In this document: piece after piece, positions 1-9,328 of the stretch
Position numbering within the stretch: position 1 is the stretch's first letter
How the letters are laid out: every line of letters starts with the position of its first letter
Origin: Candidatus Cloacimonadales bacterium
Lineage (GTDB): Bacteria; Cloacimonadota; Cloacimonadia; Cloacimonadales; JAFGVF01
Direction of reading: 5' to 3'
Assembly: GCA_963678315.1 (NCBI GenBank)
Contig: OY782781.1
Coordinates: forward strand, 1,312,001 to 1,376,000
Length of the DNA stretch: 64,000 nt
Program-made: the position numbers and the translations under genes
The notes under the pieces: model-generated
Told to the model about the DNA's origin: nothing
Databases searched by the model: none
Seen by the model: the letters and a program-made list of their open reading frames with translations, nothing else

Positions 1-3000
1 CAAATTTAATTTGTTTATATTCACCTTGAGCTTTTATACGTGCAAAATATACGCCAGATGAAAGTTTCTCTATCGGCAGATAGAATTTAGTTTGGTTTCC
101 TACATAAGGATCTAATTCCCTACTATCTTGATAAACCTTTTTACCCGAAATGGTGAACACTTCAAGCCCTACATTACATTTCTCAGAGACCATTACTTTG
201 AGAGTTAAATCTCCCCCAATAGTAGTATTCCATGGACTAGGATATATATAAACTTCATCATCAATGAAAATATCCTCAGTCTCATAACTATTAGGTAAAG
301 TGTCATTTAATTCAACAGCATTGCGTTGATAATTATTGTATTCAGTAAACCAAGCAGTTTGAAGCATATCAAAGTCTTCTTGATTGACGTTTGAGTTTAC
401 TTGTAATCTATTAATTGTTCCACCGTCAACAGCAGTGAGTAAATATAACTTATCACCTTCTAGATGAAGAGATGGGTATGAATGAATAAAATCTGGATAG
501 CTGATTGGAGCACCAGGATAATATGACCCATCATTATTCCATATTGAAGCTCTATTCATAGAAAATCCACCAATCAATTCTTTCTCTTCATCGAAATCAA
601 TATCTAAAGCATAGGCTCCACCAAAAGTACTCAATGTATCTGTTTCCATAAACAAGAATCTATCATTGCTTACTTCTTCTCCGTTAAAAGCAAGTACTTT
701 CAAACCTTGATTATAGCCTAGAACAATATCCCATGTTCCATTGCTATCAAAGTCTGTAATTGATGGTTTTGCTGATGACTCAACACCTGTTTCAAAATAT
801 CCTATCTTACTAAAGTCTGTAGAAGTATATGAGTAGAAACCATATCTAGTTTGTACTACAAGTTCTAAGCCTTGGTAGTTTGGATTAAAGTCAAAGTAAA
901 GTGAATTTTTAATTAGAGTATCAGCAGGGATTGCTAAATCAACAATATCACTTTCACCTGTTTCATAATCTATAAGTTCTAATTTATAACCATCGTTTTG
1001 GACAATAGCCATCAAATAGTCAGCACAAAGGAGGTTAGACTTTATTCTTCCTGAAAGTGGGAAACTTGTCATATAAGAACAAGAAGAATCATGGATTCTA
1101 ATTTTTCCACTAGAATCAGAAGCATCATAAATACCCATATAGTATCTCATTTCACTGTCCTCATCTATTTGATGCATGACTATTGGAGAAGTAAAATATT
1201 TATTATCTAATTCACTGATTTCTTCCAAACCATTTTCGTTAAATCTATACAAATAAGACCTTGAATTAAATGCTCGAACTTGGGTTGGAATTAAAAGGTT
1301 ATTATTGATTTTATCATAACTAGGTGGATACTTAATATCACCTATCATGTCATATAAAGTACCATCTTCTTCTTTCATCATTTTTATAGGCTGATATACC
1401 TTACTTGGGTCATCAAGATTTGAATAAACAGCAAGTTTATCTTCAACAGGGAAAATTATTTCATTAGAACCATCTTGGTTAATATCAAGAGACATGCTTG
1501 AATAATCAGATCTCTCTATATCTGCAACAGCCAGTTGCCATCTAAACTCAACAGAAAAACTCATAGTGTTTCCTGCTTCTGATATATCTTTAATCACAAA
1601 AGGAAAACCACCATAGTAACTTTCAGCACTAGGTAAAGATAATATACCATCTACATAGTCAAAGCCAAAATAGTTGTTGTTACCTTGCCTAAAGCTATCT
1701 TCTGGACTTCCGTATTTATAAATTGAGCTTACGCCAGTATCAAGATTTTGAATACCATCAGCTTCTTCTAAATCTATACCTTTATGGCTTGCATCTCCAT
1801 TAACATTACTAATATCTTCTTCTATATCAAAATTATCAGCTATTACTGTCTCATCAATATGCCATATAAGTAAGCCTGAACCATCTCTCGGATTATATCC
1901 CCCTCCGCTATAGCCAGGTAAAAAGAAATCCCATTCACAGCCTCTCAACCTATTTGTCATAAAGTTAAACTTAGGAACTTGCTCAGTTTGTCCTTCTGCT
2001 AAAGGATAGTATTCTTGTCCTTCTTGTAGCAGTTTAAAGGTGAAGTTGGCTACATTATTCAAAGAACTATTGTCAGGGTTTTGTGCCCTGTTCTCAATTA
2101 AGAAATATTCATTTTCACTAATTGACAATTTATATAATATTGGGTTAGTTGGTGTTGAATCAAGTATTTGATCTATTTCAATATTACTTGTAGTATTTAC
2201 TATTTCAACTGGATCTTCCCAACCAAGATAATATCTTGTCCAGGCTGAAGGTAAAGCAGGAGTATATCCAGAAGCATTCCAGGTTCCAGAACCCATAATC
2301 CCCCAATTACCTATTCCTTGAGAATATCCGTTACTATAGTCTTTATCGCTTAAGTTTGGAACTCCTAAAGCATAGAAGAATTCTGTACATATTACACCCA
2401 AATTTCCTAAAATATAGGCTGGATTATCATCTGGAAAATAATCTTGCCATTGACTTTCTGCACAAATTATGAAATCCGTAACATGAGTTCCATCTGCAGG
2501 AATCCCTAAATAATCATCATTTTCTGGATCTAATCCTTCCTGTAAATCATATCTATTTATGAAGGTAGACCAGATTTGCTCTTTTCTTTTTTCATCAATA
2601 TCAGATTCTTGACCTGGTCCTGCATGAAAAATAAAGAAATTATCATATTGAGTGAAGTCAGTATCTTCATCTATCTGATTTACAATTGTTTCCATCATTT
2701 CTGGCATTCTAATGTCAGTGTCATCATCAGAACCATAATATGACATAGGCTTATCTAAAGTTACTACTTGAGTATGAAAATCATAATCAAGTTCATATTG
2801 CTCATGTGATGCATCAAATAAGTAATCTTCAAGCTGTAACATATATCTTTCAAAATATGCCTGGTCATGTGCAAGTGAATCAGGATAATCTGCCACTAAA
2901 TCAAATTGTACATCGCTAAATTGAACCAAAACAACTAACGATTTTTCCGGTAATTCTCGACCACGTTTAATGTCTGTTGTAAAATATTTTTCAGACGGTC

Positions 3001-3109
3001 TTGACTTCCGATAAGTAACTGGAGTCAATTTATTCTGATAAGGCATAACCTCACCAAAAATAGATATCACCACTATTAGTAAAGTAGCAATAACACTTAA
3101 TTTTTTCAT
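1..3109 (-). CDS. Secreted immune-inhibitor-A/peptidase M6-like protein with FG-GAP-like repeats and C-terminal sorting domain; runs off the left edge; zinc motif degenerate
   Basis: Not in the ORF track; translated by hand. ATG at 3109 after a GGGAG RBS, signal peptide MKKLSVIATLLIVVISIFG. M6-like motifs LVVLVQFSD, FIFHAGPGQE, WGIMGSGTWN, PSAWTRYYLGW and EYFLIENR. DxNxDG-like repeats. C-terminus VYIYPSPW...LSSGVYFARI...IKF at the edge. Confidence 0.85.
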   Translation of the reverse strand, partial: MKKLSVIATLLIVVISIFGEVMPYQNKLTPVTYRKSRPSEKYFTTDIKRGRELPEKSLVVLVQFSDVQFDLVADYPDSLAHDQAYFERYMLQLEDYLFDASHEQYELDYDFHTQVVTLDKPMSYYGSDDDTDIRMPEMMETIVNQIDEDTDFTQYDNFFIFHAGPGQESDIDEKRKEQIWSTFINRYDLQEGLDPENDDYLGIPADGTHVTDFIICAESQWQDYFPDDNPAYILGNLGVICTEFFYALGVPNLSDKDYSNGYSQGIGNWGIMGSGTWNASGYTPALPSAWTRYYLGWEDPVEIVNTTSNIEIDQILDSTPTNPILYKLSISENEYFLIENRAQNPDNSSLNNVANFTFKLLQEGQEYYPLAEGQTEQVPKFNFMTNRLRGCEWDFFLPGYSGGGYNPRDGSGLLIWHIDETVIADNFDIEEDISNVNGDASHKGIDLEEADGIQNLDTGVSSIYKYGSPEDSFRQGNNNYFGFDYVDGILSLPSAESYYGGFPFVIKDISEAGNTMSFSVEFRWQLAVADIERSDYSSMSLDINQDGSNEIIFPVEDKLAVYSNLDDPSKVYQPIKMMKEEDGTLYDMIGDIKYPPSYDKINNNLLIPTQVRAFNSRSYLYRFNENGLEEISELDNKYFTSPIVMHQIDEDSEMRYYMGIYDASDSSGKIRIHDSSCSYMTSFPLSGRIKSNLLCADYLMAIVQNDGYKLELIDYETGESDIVDLAIPADTLIKNSLYFDFNPNYQGLELVVQTRYGFYSYTSTDFSKIGYFETGVESSAKPSITDFDSNGTWDIVLGYNQGLKVLAFNGEEVSNDRFLFMETDTLSTFGGAYALDIDFDEEKELIGGFSMNRASIWNNDGSYYPGAPISYPDFIHSYPSLHLEGDKLYLLTAVDGGTINRLQVNSNVNQEDFDMLQTAWFTEYNNYQRNAVELNDTLPNSYETEDIFIDDEVYIYPSPWNTTIGGDLTLKVMVSEKCNVGLEVFTISGKKVYQDSRELDPYVGNQTKFYLPIEKLSSGVYFARIKAQGEYKQIKF

Positions 3110-3403
3110 TCTAATCTCCCTAAAAGAATTTTTTCTGTAGTCCTGTTTTATTAGGTTTTGCCAGTTACCAATAGCTTATATTTTCTCCCTACCGACCAAG
3201 TCGGGTTTTTATAATTATTCTTTTTTACTATTTATGATTATACTTGCAAATAAGTCAATTAATTTTTGCATAAGTTGTATAGGGATTACTCCGAAATACA
3301 TTTTTTTATTTTAATTCTCAAACAAAGACTATGCCAGTCGCAGACTTATGATTACAAGCCAACTCTTCAATCCCACACGATTTTAAGGTCTATATAACTC
3401 CAT

Positions 3404-3453
3404 CCTTACTTGCCCCCTTGAAAAATTGACCTTTTTTCAATGAGGCACTTAAG
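3404..3453. repeat. ~50 bp palindromic repeat, family P1, copy 1
   Basis: CCTTACTTGCCCCCTTGAAAAA...TTTTTTCAATGAGGCACTTAAG; related copies at 24968, 37810 and 50541. Confidence 0.85.
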
Positions 3454-3480
3454 TTAGGAGTGAGGAGTGAGGAGTTAGGA
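3454..3480. repeat. Heptamer tandem (GGAGTTA/GGAGTGA)n
   Basis: ttaggagtgaggagtgaggagttagga directly abutting P1; the same pairing occurs at 37782 and 50595. Confidence 0.8.
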
Positions 3481-3571
3481 CATACTGGGATCGCCAGCCT
3501 CAGCGCTGGCTTCACTTAGAACATAGTGATAAATGAATTTATTGAAACTTTTTGAAACGTTTCTCTTGCTT

Positions 3572-3722
3572 TGTCCTGTAAGGACATAACTCTTCTGAGC
3601 CCATGATTTCAATCGTGGGTGATTTGGTGATGAACTGATAAATGACAATGGATAATGAAGAGCAAAATTTTTAGTCCCCAAAGGACGTCATGTATTAGCA
3701 TGGGGCTTGTACCCCTCTGTAA
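3572..3722. repeat. REP-like hairpin modules
   Basis: GTCCTGTAAGGAC...GCCCATGATTTCAATCGTGGG and TAGTCCCCAAAGGACGTCATGTATTAGCATGGGG; the latter matches the start of the array at 50651. Confidence 0.7.
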
Positions 3723-3743
3723 GCTTCACTTAGTTCATGCAAT

Positions 3744-4568
3744 TTAGTGAGTTATAGAAGACAGATAGCCATCTTTTAAATTCTGAATATTAAGTTTATG
3801 CATCTCTTCTACCCAGAAGTTCTTATAGCTACTATTTGGGTAACATTCTGAGGCAGAAATATTATCAATCTGTTCAGGTGTCTTCTTCAAAAAATTGAAA
3901 TTATTGAGAAGTTGCTCCAAATAAACAAGGTCATCCTTAACCTTATCGATTGTAGTTTCATTACCATGTCCAGGGATGATTCTTTGAGGTTGTCTATCAA
4001 TTATTAACTTCAATGCTTGAATTTGCTTATTGATATCTCCCCAAAAGAAATAGGGGATAGCTATTTTATTATTATTGGAGTTAAGAACATTATCTCCAGT
4101 CCAGAGAATATTCTCTTTTTCATGGTGAATGATGATAGAATCGCTTGAATGACCATGAACCCAGGAGCATTTTAAAGCAAAATCATCAATTCTAATAGTA
4201 TCTTTAAATGTAATATTAGGTACACGAAGATGTCTTTTGTTAACTATTGATTCACGGTCGGGACGAATCATGTTCTTTTCTGAGGAAATAGTTTTCCAGT
4301 AGTTTTCATGAGTAATTATTGTTGGATTATATAAATCAAAAAAGCGATTTCCATAGCAATGATCAGAATGCCAGTGAGTGTTGATAATGTATTTAACAGG
4401 TTTGTCGAGAGATTTACAGAAATCGACTAGATATTTTGAATCATTAGGAAAGAGAAAAGTATCTATTACTAATAGACTAGTTTGATTCTCAATTATACTT
4501 GCATTAAGCAGTGCTCTTTCACTTTGTAAAATAGTAATATTCTCAGTGATTTTAAATTCTTTAATCAA
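3744..4568 (-). CDS. MBL-fold metallo-hydrolase (cyclase/glyoxalase II-like)
   Basis: THWHSDH, GHS, TGD and IPGHG motifs. Confidence 0.9.
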   Translation of the reverse strand: MIKEFKITENITILQSERALLNASIIENQTSLLVIDTFLFPNDSKYLVDFCKSLDKPVKYIINTHWHSDHCYGNRFFDLYNPTIITHENYWKTISSEKNMIRPDRESIVNKRHLRVPNITFKDTIRIDDFALKCSWVHGHSSDSIIIHHEKENILWTGDNVLNSNNNKIAIPYFFWGDINKQIQALKLIIDRQPQRIIPGHGNETTIDKVKDDLVYLEQLLNNFNFLKKTPEQIDNISASECYPNSSYKNFWVEEMHKLNIQNLKDGYLSSITH

Positions 4569-5172
4569 CTTTTAGACCTGAACCATTATGGATTAGATTA
4601 ATTATTCTGAAAACAGCTTTATTCAGTGAGAAACTATGTCCCTTTAGCACCCATTGAGTAAGAACAAAATCCATTGCCCCAATAACAGTCAGAGAAAAAG
4701 CATCAGCAGAAACATCTCTAAAATAACCACTTTTTACACCTTCTAAATATATTTCTTTCATGAATTCTCTGTAATTGTCAAAAATAGAATAACTAGGATA
4801 CTGTTCGTAAAATTCTTTAATCTGCTTAATTTCCATTACTAAAAACTTTGCAATATGAGGATTGTCAGTAAATATAGTAGCATGCATATCAAAGAAACGA
4901 ACGATTTTAGCTCTAGCATTATCTTCTTGGGCAACAATCTTCTTTATTTCTTCAAGCTTGTTCATCAAAACTTCATAAAGAGCTTTCATCATTAAATCAT
5001 CTTTATTCCTGAAGTAACTATAAATTGTACCATCAGCAACGCCTGCTCTTTGAGCAATGTCGGTCATCTTTGTTCTTCTAAATCCCTTTTCTGCAAGTAA
5101 AGAAATAGCAGATTCAACAATTCTTTCTCTTTTTATCTTTTTCTTTTCAGCAACAGTCTTTTTCTTAATCAT
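4561..5172 (-). CDS. TetR/AcrR family regulator
   Basis: N-terminal HTH IAQRAGVADGTIYSYFRNKDDL; overlaps the MBL gene by 8 nt. Confidence 0.95.
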   Translation of the reverse strand: MIKKKTVAEKKKIKRERIVESAISLLAEKGFRRTKMTDIAQRAGVADGTIYSYFRNKDDLMMKALYEVLMNKLEEIKKIVAQEDNARAKIVRFFDMHATIFTDNPHIAKFLVMEIKQIKEFYEQYPSYSIFDNYREFMKEIYLEGVKSGYFRDVSADAFSLTVIGAMDFVLTQWVLKGHSFSLNKAVFRIINLIHNGSGLKVD

Positions 5173-5256
5173 TCATTACCTCTGACTAGTATTTTTGCTT
5201 AACTATATTATATTTGATATTGAATACTTGTCAATAATGAAGTAAAAAAAGTGTAT

Positions 5257-5291
5257 AAAAAAAGGTTACCAGTTTTAACTAGTAACCTTTT
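5257..5291 (-). terminator. Intrinsic terminator
   Basis: AAAAGGTTAC...GTAACCTTTT hairpin with A/T tracts, downstream of the gene ending at 5315. Confidence 0.75.
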
Positions 5292-5314
5292 AAATATGTC
5301 TGTAACGAAATTAA

Positions 5315-8101
5315 TTATTTTGATAAAAGAACTTTTACTGGTGTATTATCGTTTAAATTTAGTGATTTCACGAAATAAACACCAGAAGCAACATTCTTGT
5401 TAAAATCATCTTTACCATTCCAATTAACCTGATGAACTCCTTCATTATATGGATATTCTACTATTGTCTTTATAAGTTGTCCTTTTACATTATAAATTTC
5501 AAAAGTAACACTCTTAGGTGACTTAACATAATAAGAAATTGTAACTGTAGGATTAAATGGGTTTGGATAAGTTGATTTAATCCCCTCAGATATAATTATT
5601 GGGGGAGTGTCATTGTTTGGAATCTCAAATTGCACAAAGACAGGTCCATAGTTAGTGTAAGAATTATCCAATTCAATGAACTTAATCCAGTAGAATAATT
5701 GACCTGTTGCGTTAATGATTTCCTCATCATTGAAAGTATAGGTGTGAGTATATGGTAAATTGTGAGCAGGGATAAATGTTTCAAGCATTGTAGCTGTATT
5801 TAGATCATTGCTGTTATTGCGATAAACTCTATAGCCTGAACCATTGCTTTCTGATTGGACTGTCCAGTTCAAAGCAACTGAAGATGTGGAGGTTGCCATG
5901 GCATTGAAAGAGGAAAGTTCAACTGGAAGTGTTTGATTTTCTAAGCCAATAGTTAAGTTACCTCTAGTTGCTTTCGCATTTTCTGGGAAAGTATAAACGT
6001 AAGTTGCACTTCTAATATTACCTGACAAATTACTTGATGTTGCTGTTGAAACTTTACTACCACCTTCAAATAGAACAGGAGTTTGACTTAATCCAACCCA
6101 ATCATGGTTTGCATCATCATCAGCATCCCAATAAAAAGTGATTGTCTTTTCTCTATTATCAGTGCTAGCATCATCTATATTTCCAGTTAAAGTCCATGAT
6201 CTGTTTATATAAGTTGGGTATAACGATGAAAGGCTAGTTGATGAAGAGTAGTTTTCAATATTAAAGTCAGTTTTTGGCCATACAAGATGCTTTACTGCTG
6301 GTGAATAAATACCATCAACTGTGACATTATTTGCGCCAGTATAGTTTCCTGATGTTACAGTAAGAGTTCCATTAATAGTCAAAGTGTCAGGTAATGTAAC
6401 TCCAGATGAATTATCTATAGTCAAATTATAAACTGAGCTTAAACCACTTGGGAGAGATTGACTAGTTGTACCATTAAAAGTGATAGTGGAATTAGTTTCT
6501 CCAATTAATGTAGCAGATTGTCCAATATTTAAAGTTCCTGTTATTTCTAGAGAACCATTTCCTGCAATAATCAAATCATCTCCAGATTCATTTTCAATGT
6601 TCAAAACACCTCCAGAGGCTACTGCTAGATTACCCTCTACAGTTGTAGAGCTTATAAAGGCAGACTTGCCATTAGCAAGGGTAATAGTATCTCCTGAAAG
6701 GACTTTAATTGAAACAGAATTAGTGTAATCTGGTTTAATTACTGAAGTTGTATATGTACCATTCTCAGTTGAAGAATTTTCCCAGTTAGATACAGTTGAA
6801 AAAGCTCCTGAGTTTTTTGATTTGAAATAAAATATTGAGGAAGGAGAACTTTGTAAAGTAGGGTAATCGGTTGTAAAATCCCAGACATTATTATCCCAAT
6901 TAGGGTAAGAAGTAGCATTTGATAACTGACTTGATGTTTGTGAAGTACCATAAGTATTATCATCATTTGTACCAGTGATTGCAGAAGTATCTAAGTAGTA
7001 GCTGTCTTCTAATGAACCTATTGCATTTGTTCCACCTAAGCCCGGAGGTAACTTTCCTTCAACTCTTCCTGTAATAGGGCCATATCCTCCTTGCCAAGAA
7101 GAAGAACCAATATTTTGAGTAACATTGCTTGTTGAATAAGTTCTAAAAATAGCTCCACCAATAGAACAACCAGCAACACCTCCGACTCTGTCTCCTCCTG
7201 ATACGTCACCAAGGGAAAAACTGTCTTGGGTTAGTCCATTCTCGTTACAACCTACTAAACCTCCATATTTAATATTATATGGATTATTATTATCACCAGA
7301 ATTTAATGATTGATTATTAGGATGAGTTGAAGAAACCGTTACATCAGCCCAACAATACCTAACAATTGGAACAACTTGTTTTCTTTGGCTATTATTTGCT
7401 CCTACTAAGCCTCCTGTAGCACCAAAACCTGCAACTGTACCACCATTAACATAACATTTGTCTACAATTACTAACTTGCCTTGTCTTTGATTCGGCAAAT
7501 CTACTTTGCCAATCAATGAACCCGTTGCTCGTTTACCCTTGATATTAACATTTGTTAAACCAAGATTATTTATATATATATCTGAGCTATTACTGGCATT
7601 CGAGGTAGTAGATCCATTAGTTACAAATCCAAAAAGTCCAACAAAGTTCTCACCATTTGCTGGGAAAGTTGTATTGTTTGAAGAGTCTGCTAATCTATTT
7701 ATGTATAAATTTGAGATAACATAACCTCCGCCATCAAAATTTCCATGAAAAGGACTTGTTTCATCTCCAATAGGATCCCATCCTTTACTAACCTCCCACA
7801 TTTTAGTCCATCCATTCTCGGTGTCAGGTGTGTTTGTATTTCCATCCTGTGAACAATAATATGCATAACCATCGGTATATTCAACAATATCGCCTGTGTT
7901 ATATGTTCCAACTGTATATGTGTTTATAGTATTAGGATTAGTGTCTTCAAGATTGATACCTGTAATTAGAGTATAGTCACCTCCTAGATTATCTCGTATA
8001 TCCCAAAGATCCTCTACTGTAGAGACATTTATTGCATTAAGTTGACTTGTAAACAGAAGAGTAGTAATAAAAATAATAACTCTATATAACCATTTTGCCA
8101 T
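5315..8101 (-). CDS. Secreted GLUG-repeat protein with inserted CBM5/12-like module and C-terminal sorting domain
   Basis: Likely start MAKWLY at 8101 (GGAGG RBS). GWDPIG/FDGGGY/VGLFG/GGLVG GLUG motifs, LPVELSSF linker, YPNPFNP...SGVYF C-terminal domain. Confidence 0.85.
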   Translation of the reverse strand: MAKWLYRVIIFITTLLFTSQLNAINVSTVEDLWDIRDNLGGDYTLITGINLEDTNPNTINTYTVGTYNTGDIVEYTDGYAYYCSQDGNTNTPDTENGWTKMWEVSKGWDPIGDETSPFHGNFDGGGYVISNLYINRLADSSNNTTFPANGENFVGLFGFVTNGSTTSNASNSSDIYINNLGLTNVNIKGKRATGSLIGKVDLPNQRQGKLVIVDKCYVNGGTVAGFGATGGLVGANNSQRKQVVPIVRYCWADVTVSSTHPNNQSLNSGDNNNPYNIKYGGLVGCNENGLTQDSFSLGDVSGGDRVGGVAGCSIGGAIFRTYSTSNVTQNIGSSSWQGGYGPITGRVEGKLPPGLGGTNAIGSLEDSYYLDTSAITGTNDDNTYGTSQTSSQLSNATSYPNWDNNVWDFTTDYPTLQSSPSSIFYFKSKNSGAFSTVSNWENSSTENGTYTTSVIKPDYTNSVSIKVLSGDTITLANGKSAFISSTTVEGNLAVASGGVLNIENESGDDLIIAGNGSLEITGTLNIGQSATLIGETNSTITFNGTTSQSLPSGLSSVYNLTIDNSSGVTLPDTLTINGTLTVTSGNYTGANNVTVDGIYSPAVKHLVWPKTDFNIENYSSSTSLSSLYPTYINRSWTLTGNIDDASTDNREKTITFYWDADDDANHDWVGLSQTPVLFEGGSKVSTATSSNLSGNIRSATYVYTFPENAKATRGNLTIGLENQTLPVELSSFNAMATSTSSVALNWTVQSESNGSGYRVYRNNSNDLNTATMLETFIPAHNLPYTHTYTFNDEEIINATGQLFYWIKFIELDNSYTNYGPVFVQFEIPNNDTPPIIISEGIKSTYPNPFNPTVTISYYVKSPKSVTFEIYNVKGQLIKTIVEYPYNEGVHQVNWNGKDDFNKNVASGVYFVKSLNLNDNTPVKVLLSK

Positions 8102-8226
8102 CTTTTCCTCCAAAATTAATTTTATCTAAGTATAAATTATAACTTACTTAAATACTAGTCAATGTTTATTATAAAAAAATAACCTCAGGAAATCCTGAGG
8201 CTATGATTAGTAAGTTTTTCTCGAGA

Positions 8227-8631
8227 TTAGTCGATTGTAATCTGCTTTGCAGGCTCAATTTCTTTCTTCTTGATATCAAGAGTTAGAACGCCATTGTCAA
8301 GTTTAGCCTTGATGTCGCTGTTTAAACAGCTATTCGGTAAGGTTAATGTTCTTGAATAAGAACCACTGTAACGTTCTTCTCTATGAACAGTACCTTCATC
8401 TACCTTTTTTTCTTCAGTTTTTGAAGCAGAGATAGTAAGTTGGTTGTTCTTAACTGAAATTTTAACATCTTCTTTCTTGTACCCAGGAAGATCTGCCTTT
8501 ATAATGAATCCATTATCTTTCTCAATAATGTCAAGAGCCATTCTTCTTGAGTTATCACTCTCGAATCCATTCCACAATTCATCAAACAATGACCATGCAG
8601 GTGAGTAATTTCTTGTTCTTAATAAATTCAT
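8227..8631 (-). CDS. Hsp20/alpha-crystallin small heat shock protein
   Basis: ADLPG, ERYSGSYSRTLTLP, AKLDNGVLTL; probable start at 8631 after GGAGG. Confidence 0.95.
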   Translation of the reverse strand: MNLLRTRNYSPAWSLFDELWNGFESDNSRRMALDIIEKDNGFIIKADLPGYKKEDVKISVKNNQLTISASKTEEKKVDEGTVHREERYSGSYSRTLTLPNSCLNSDIKAKLDNGVLTLDIKKKEIEPAKQITID

Positions 8632-8696
8632 TTTTTCCTCCATAAGATTAATTTCACTTATATATTAAATGGAAAATTATATAAAGCAAATAAAAA

Positions 8697-8723
8697 TTAG
8701 CAGATTTTTTTAAAGACTGCTAG
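8697..8723 (-). promoter_or_regulatory. CIRCE-like (HrcA) operator upstream of hsp20
   Basis: TTAGCAGAT-N9-GACTGCTAG versus the CIRCE consensus TTAGCACTC-N9-GAGTGCTAA; correct 9-nt spacer, upstream of a heat-shock gene. Confidence 0.7.
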
Positions 8724-8811
8724 AAAGCTAAATTAATCCTTTTATGTAAGGGGTCTACACCTGCAACTAATTTAGCAAACAAAATTAATTTCAAAAAAGG
8801 TAAAATAATAC

Positions 8812-8850
8812 TTGACACTTAATGGTATTCAGGTATTGTTATACCAGAAT
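8812..8850 (+). promoter_or_regulatory. sigma70-type promoter of the rrf2-hcp operon overlapped by a palindromic operator
   Basis: TTGACA at 8812, TATTGT at 8834, palindrome GGTATTGTTATACC at 8832-8845. Confidence 0.6.
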
Positions 8851-8869
8851 TAATAAAAAGGAAATAAAA

Positions 8870-9268
8870 ATGAGTAAATTACTAAATCTTTCAGAAGGAA
8901 CTTACTTGGCTTTACATGGACTAGTCTTGATTGCTAATAAGCAACCAGAAAGAATAAGTATTAAGTATATTGCGGAACACTTAGACGCTTCTATGAATCA
9001 TTTAGCTAAGATTTTCCAGAAGCTTAGTAAAGCTGGTATAGTTAACTCTATAAGAGGTCCACAAGGTGGTTTTGAATTGAATAGAGACCCGAAATACATA
9101 TCCTTTTTAGAGATTATTGAGCTTTTTGAAGGAACAATAGAGGTAGAAGGTTGTCCTTTTGGAAAGAGCAAATGTCCATTTAGATCATGTATTGTTGATG
9201 GTAAAGTATTTGAGAGTACAAAAGAAATATATAATAGATTCAAAGAAATGACATTAGCAGACTTTTAA
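8870..9268 (+). CDS. Rrf2 family transcriptional regulator with three Cys (probably Fe-S binding)
   Basis: Probable start MSKLLN at 8870; HLAKIFQKLSKAGIVNSIRGPQGGF; CPFGKSKCPFRSC. Confidence 0.95.
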   Translation: MSKLLNLSEGTYLALHGLVLIANKQPERISIKYIAEHLDASMNHLAKIFQKLSKAGIVNSIRGPQGGFELNRDPKYISFLEIIELFEGTIEVEGCPFGKSKCPFRSCIVDGKVFESTKEIYNRFKEMTLADF

Positions 9269-9286
9269 ATTTTTTTAAGTATAATT

Positions 9287-9306
9287 AGGTAAAGCAGTAC
9301 CAGAAT
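9287..9306 (+). promoter_or_regulatory. Second candidate Rrf2 operator
   Basis: AGGTAAAGCAGTACCAGAAT matches AGGTATTGTTATACCAGAAT at 8831 (GGTA-N6-TACC-AGAAT). Confidence 0.55.
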
Positions 9307-9328
9307 AATTTAATAAAGGTTTAATAAT

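Noticed and set aside
3120..3230. c-di-GMP-I riboswitch in the leader of the M6-like gene
   Set aside because: GGCAAAACC is present on the minus strand, but there is no GNRA-capped stem or GACGCAAAGC junction
3475..3681. 68-aa ORF
   Set aside because: TTG start inside repeat modules; the translation derives from hairpin repeats
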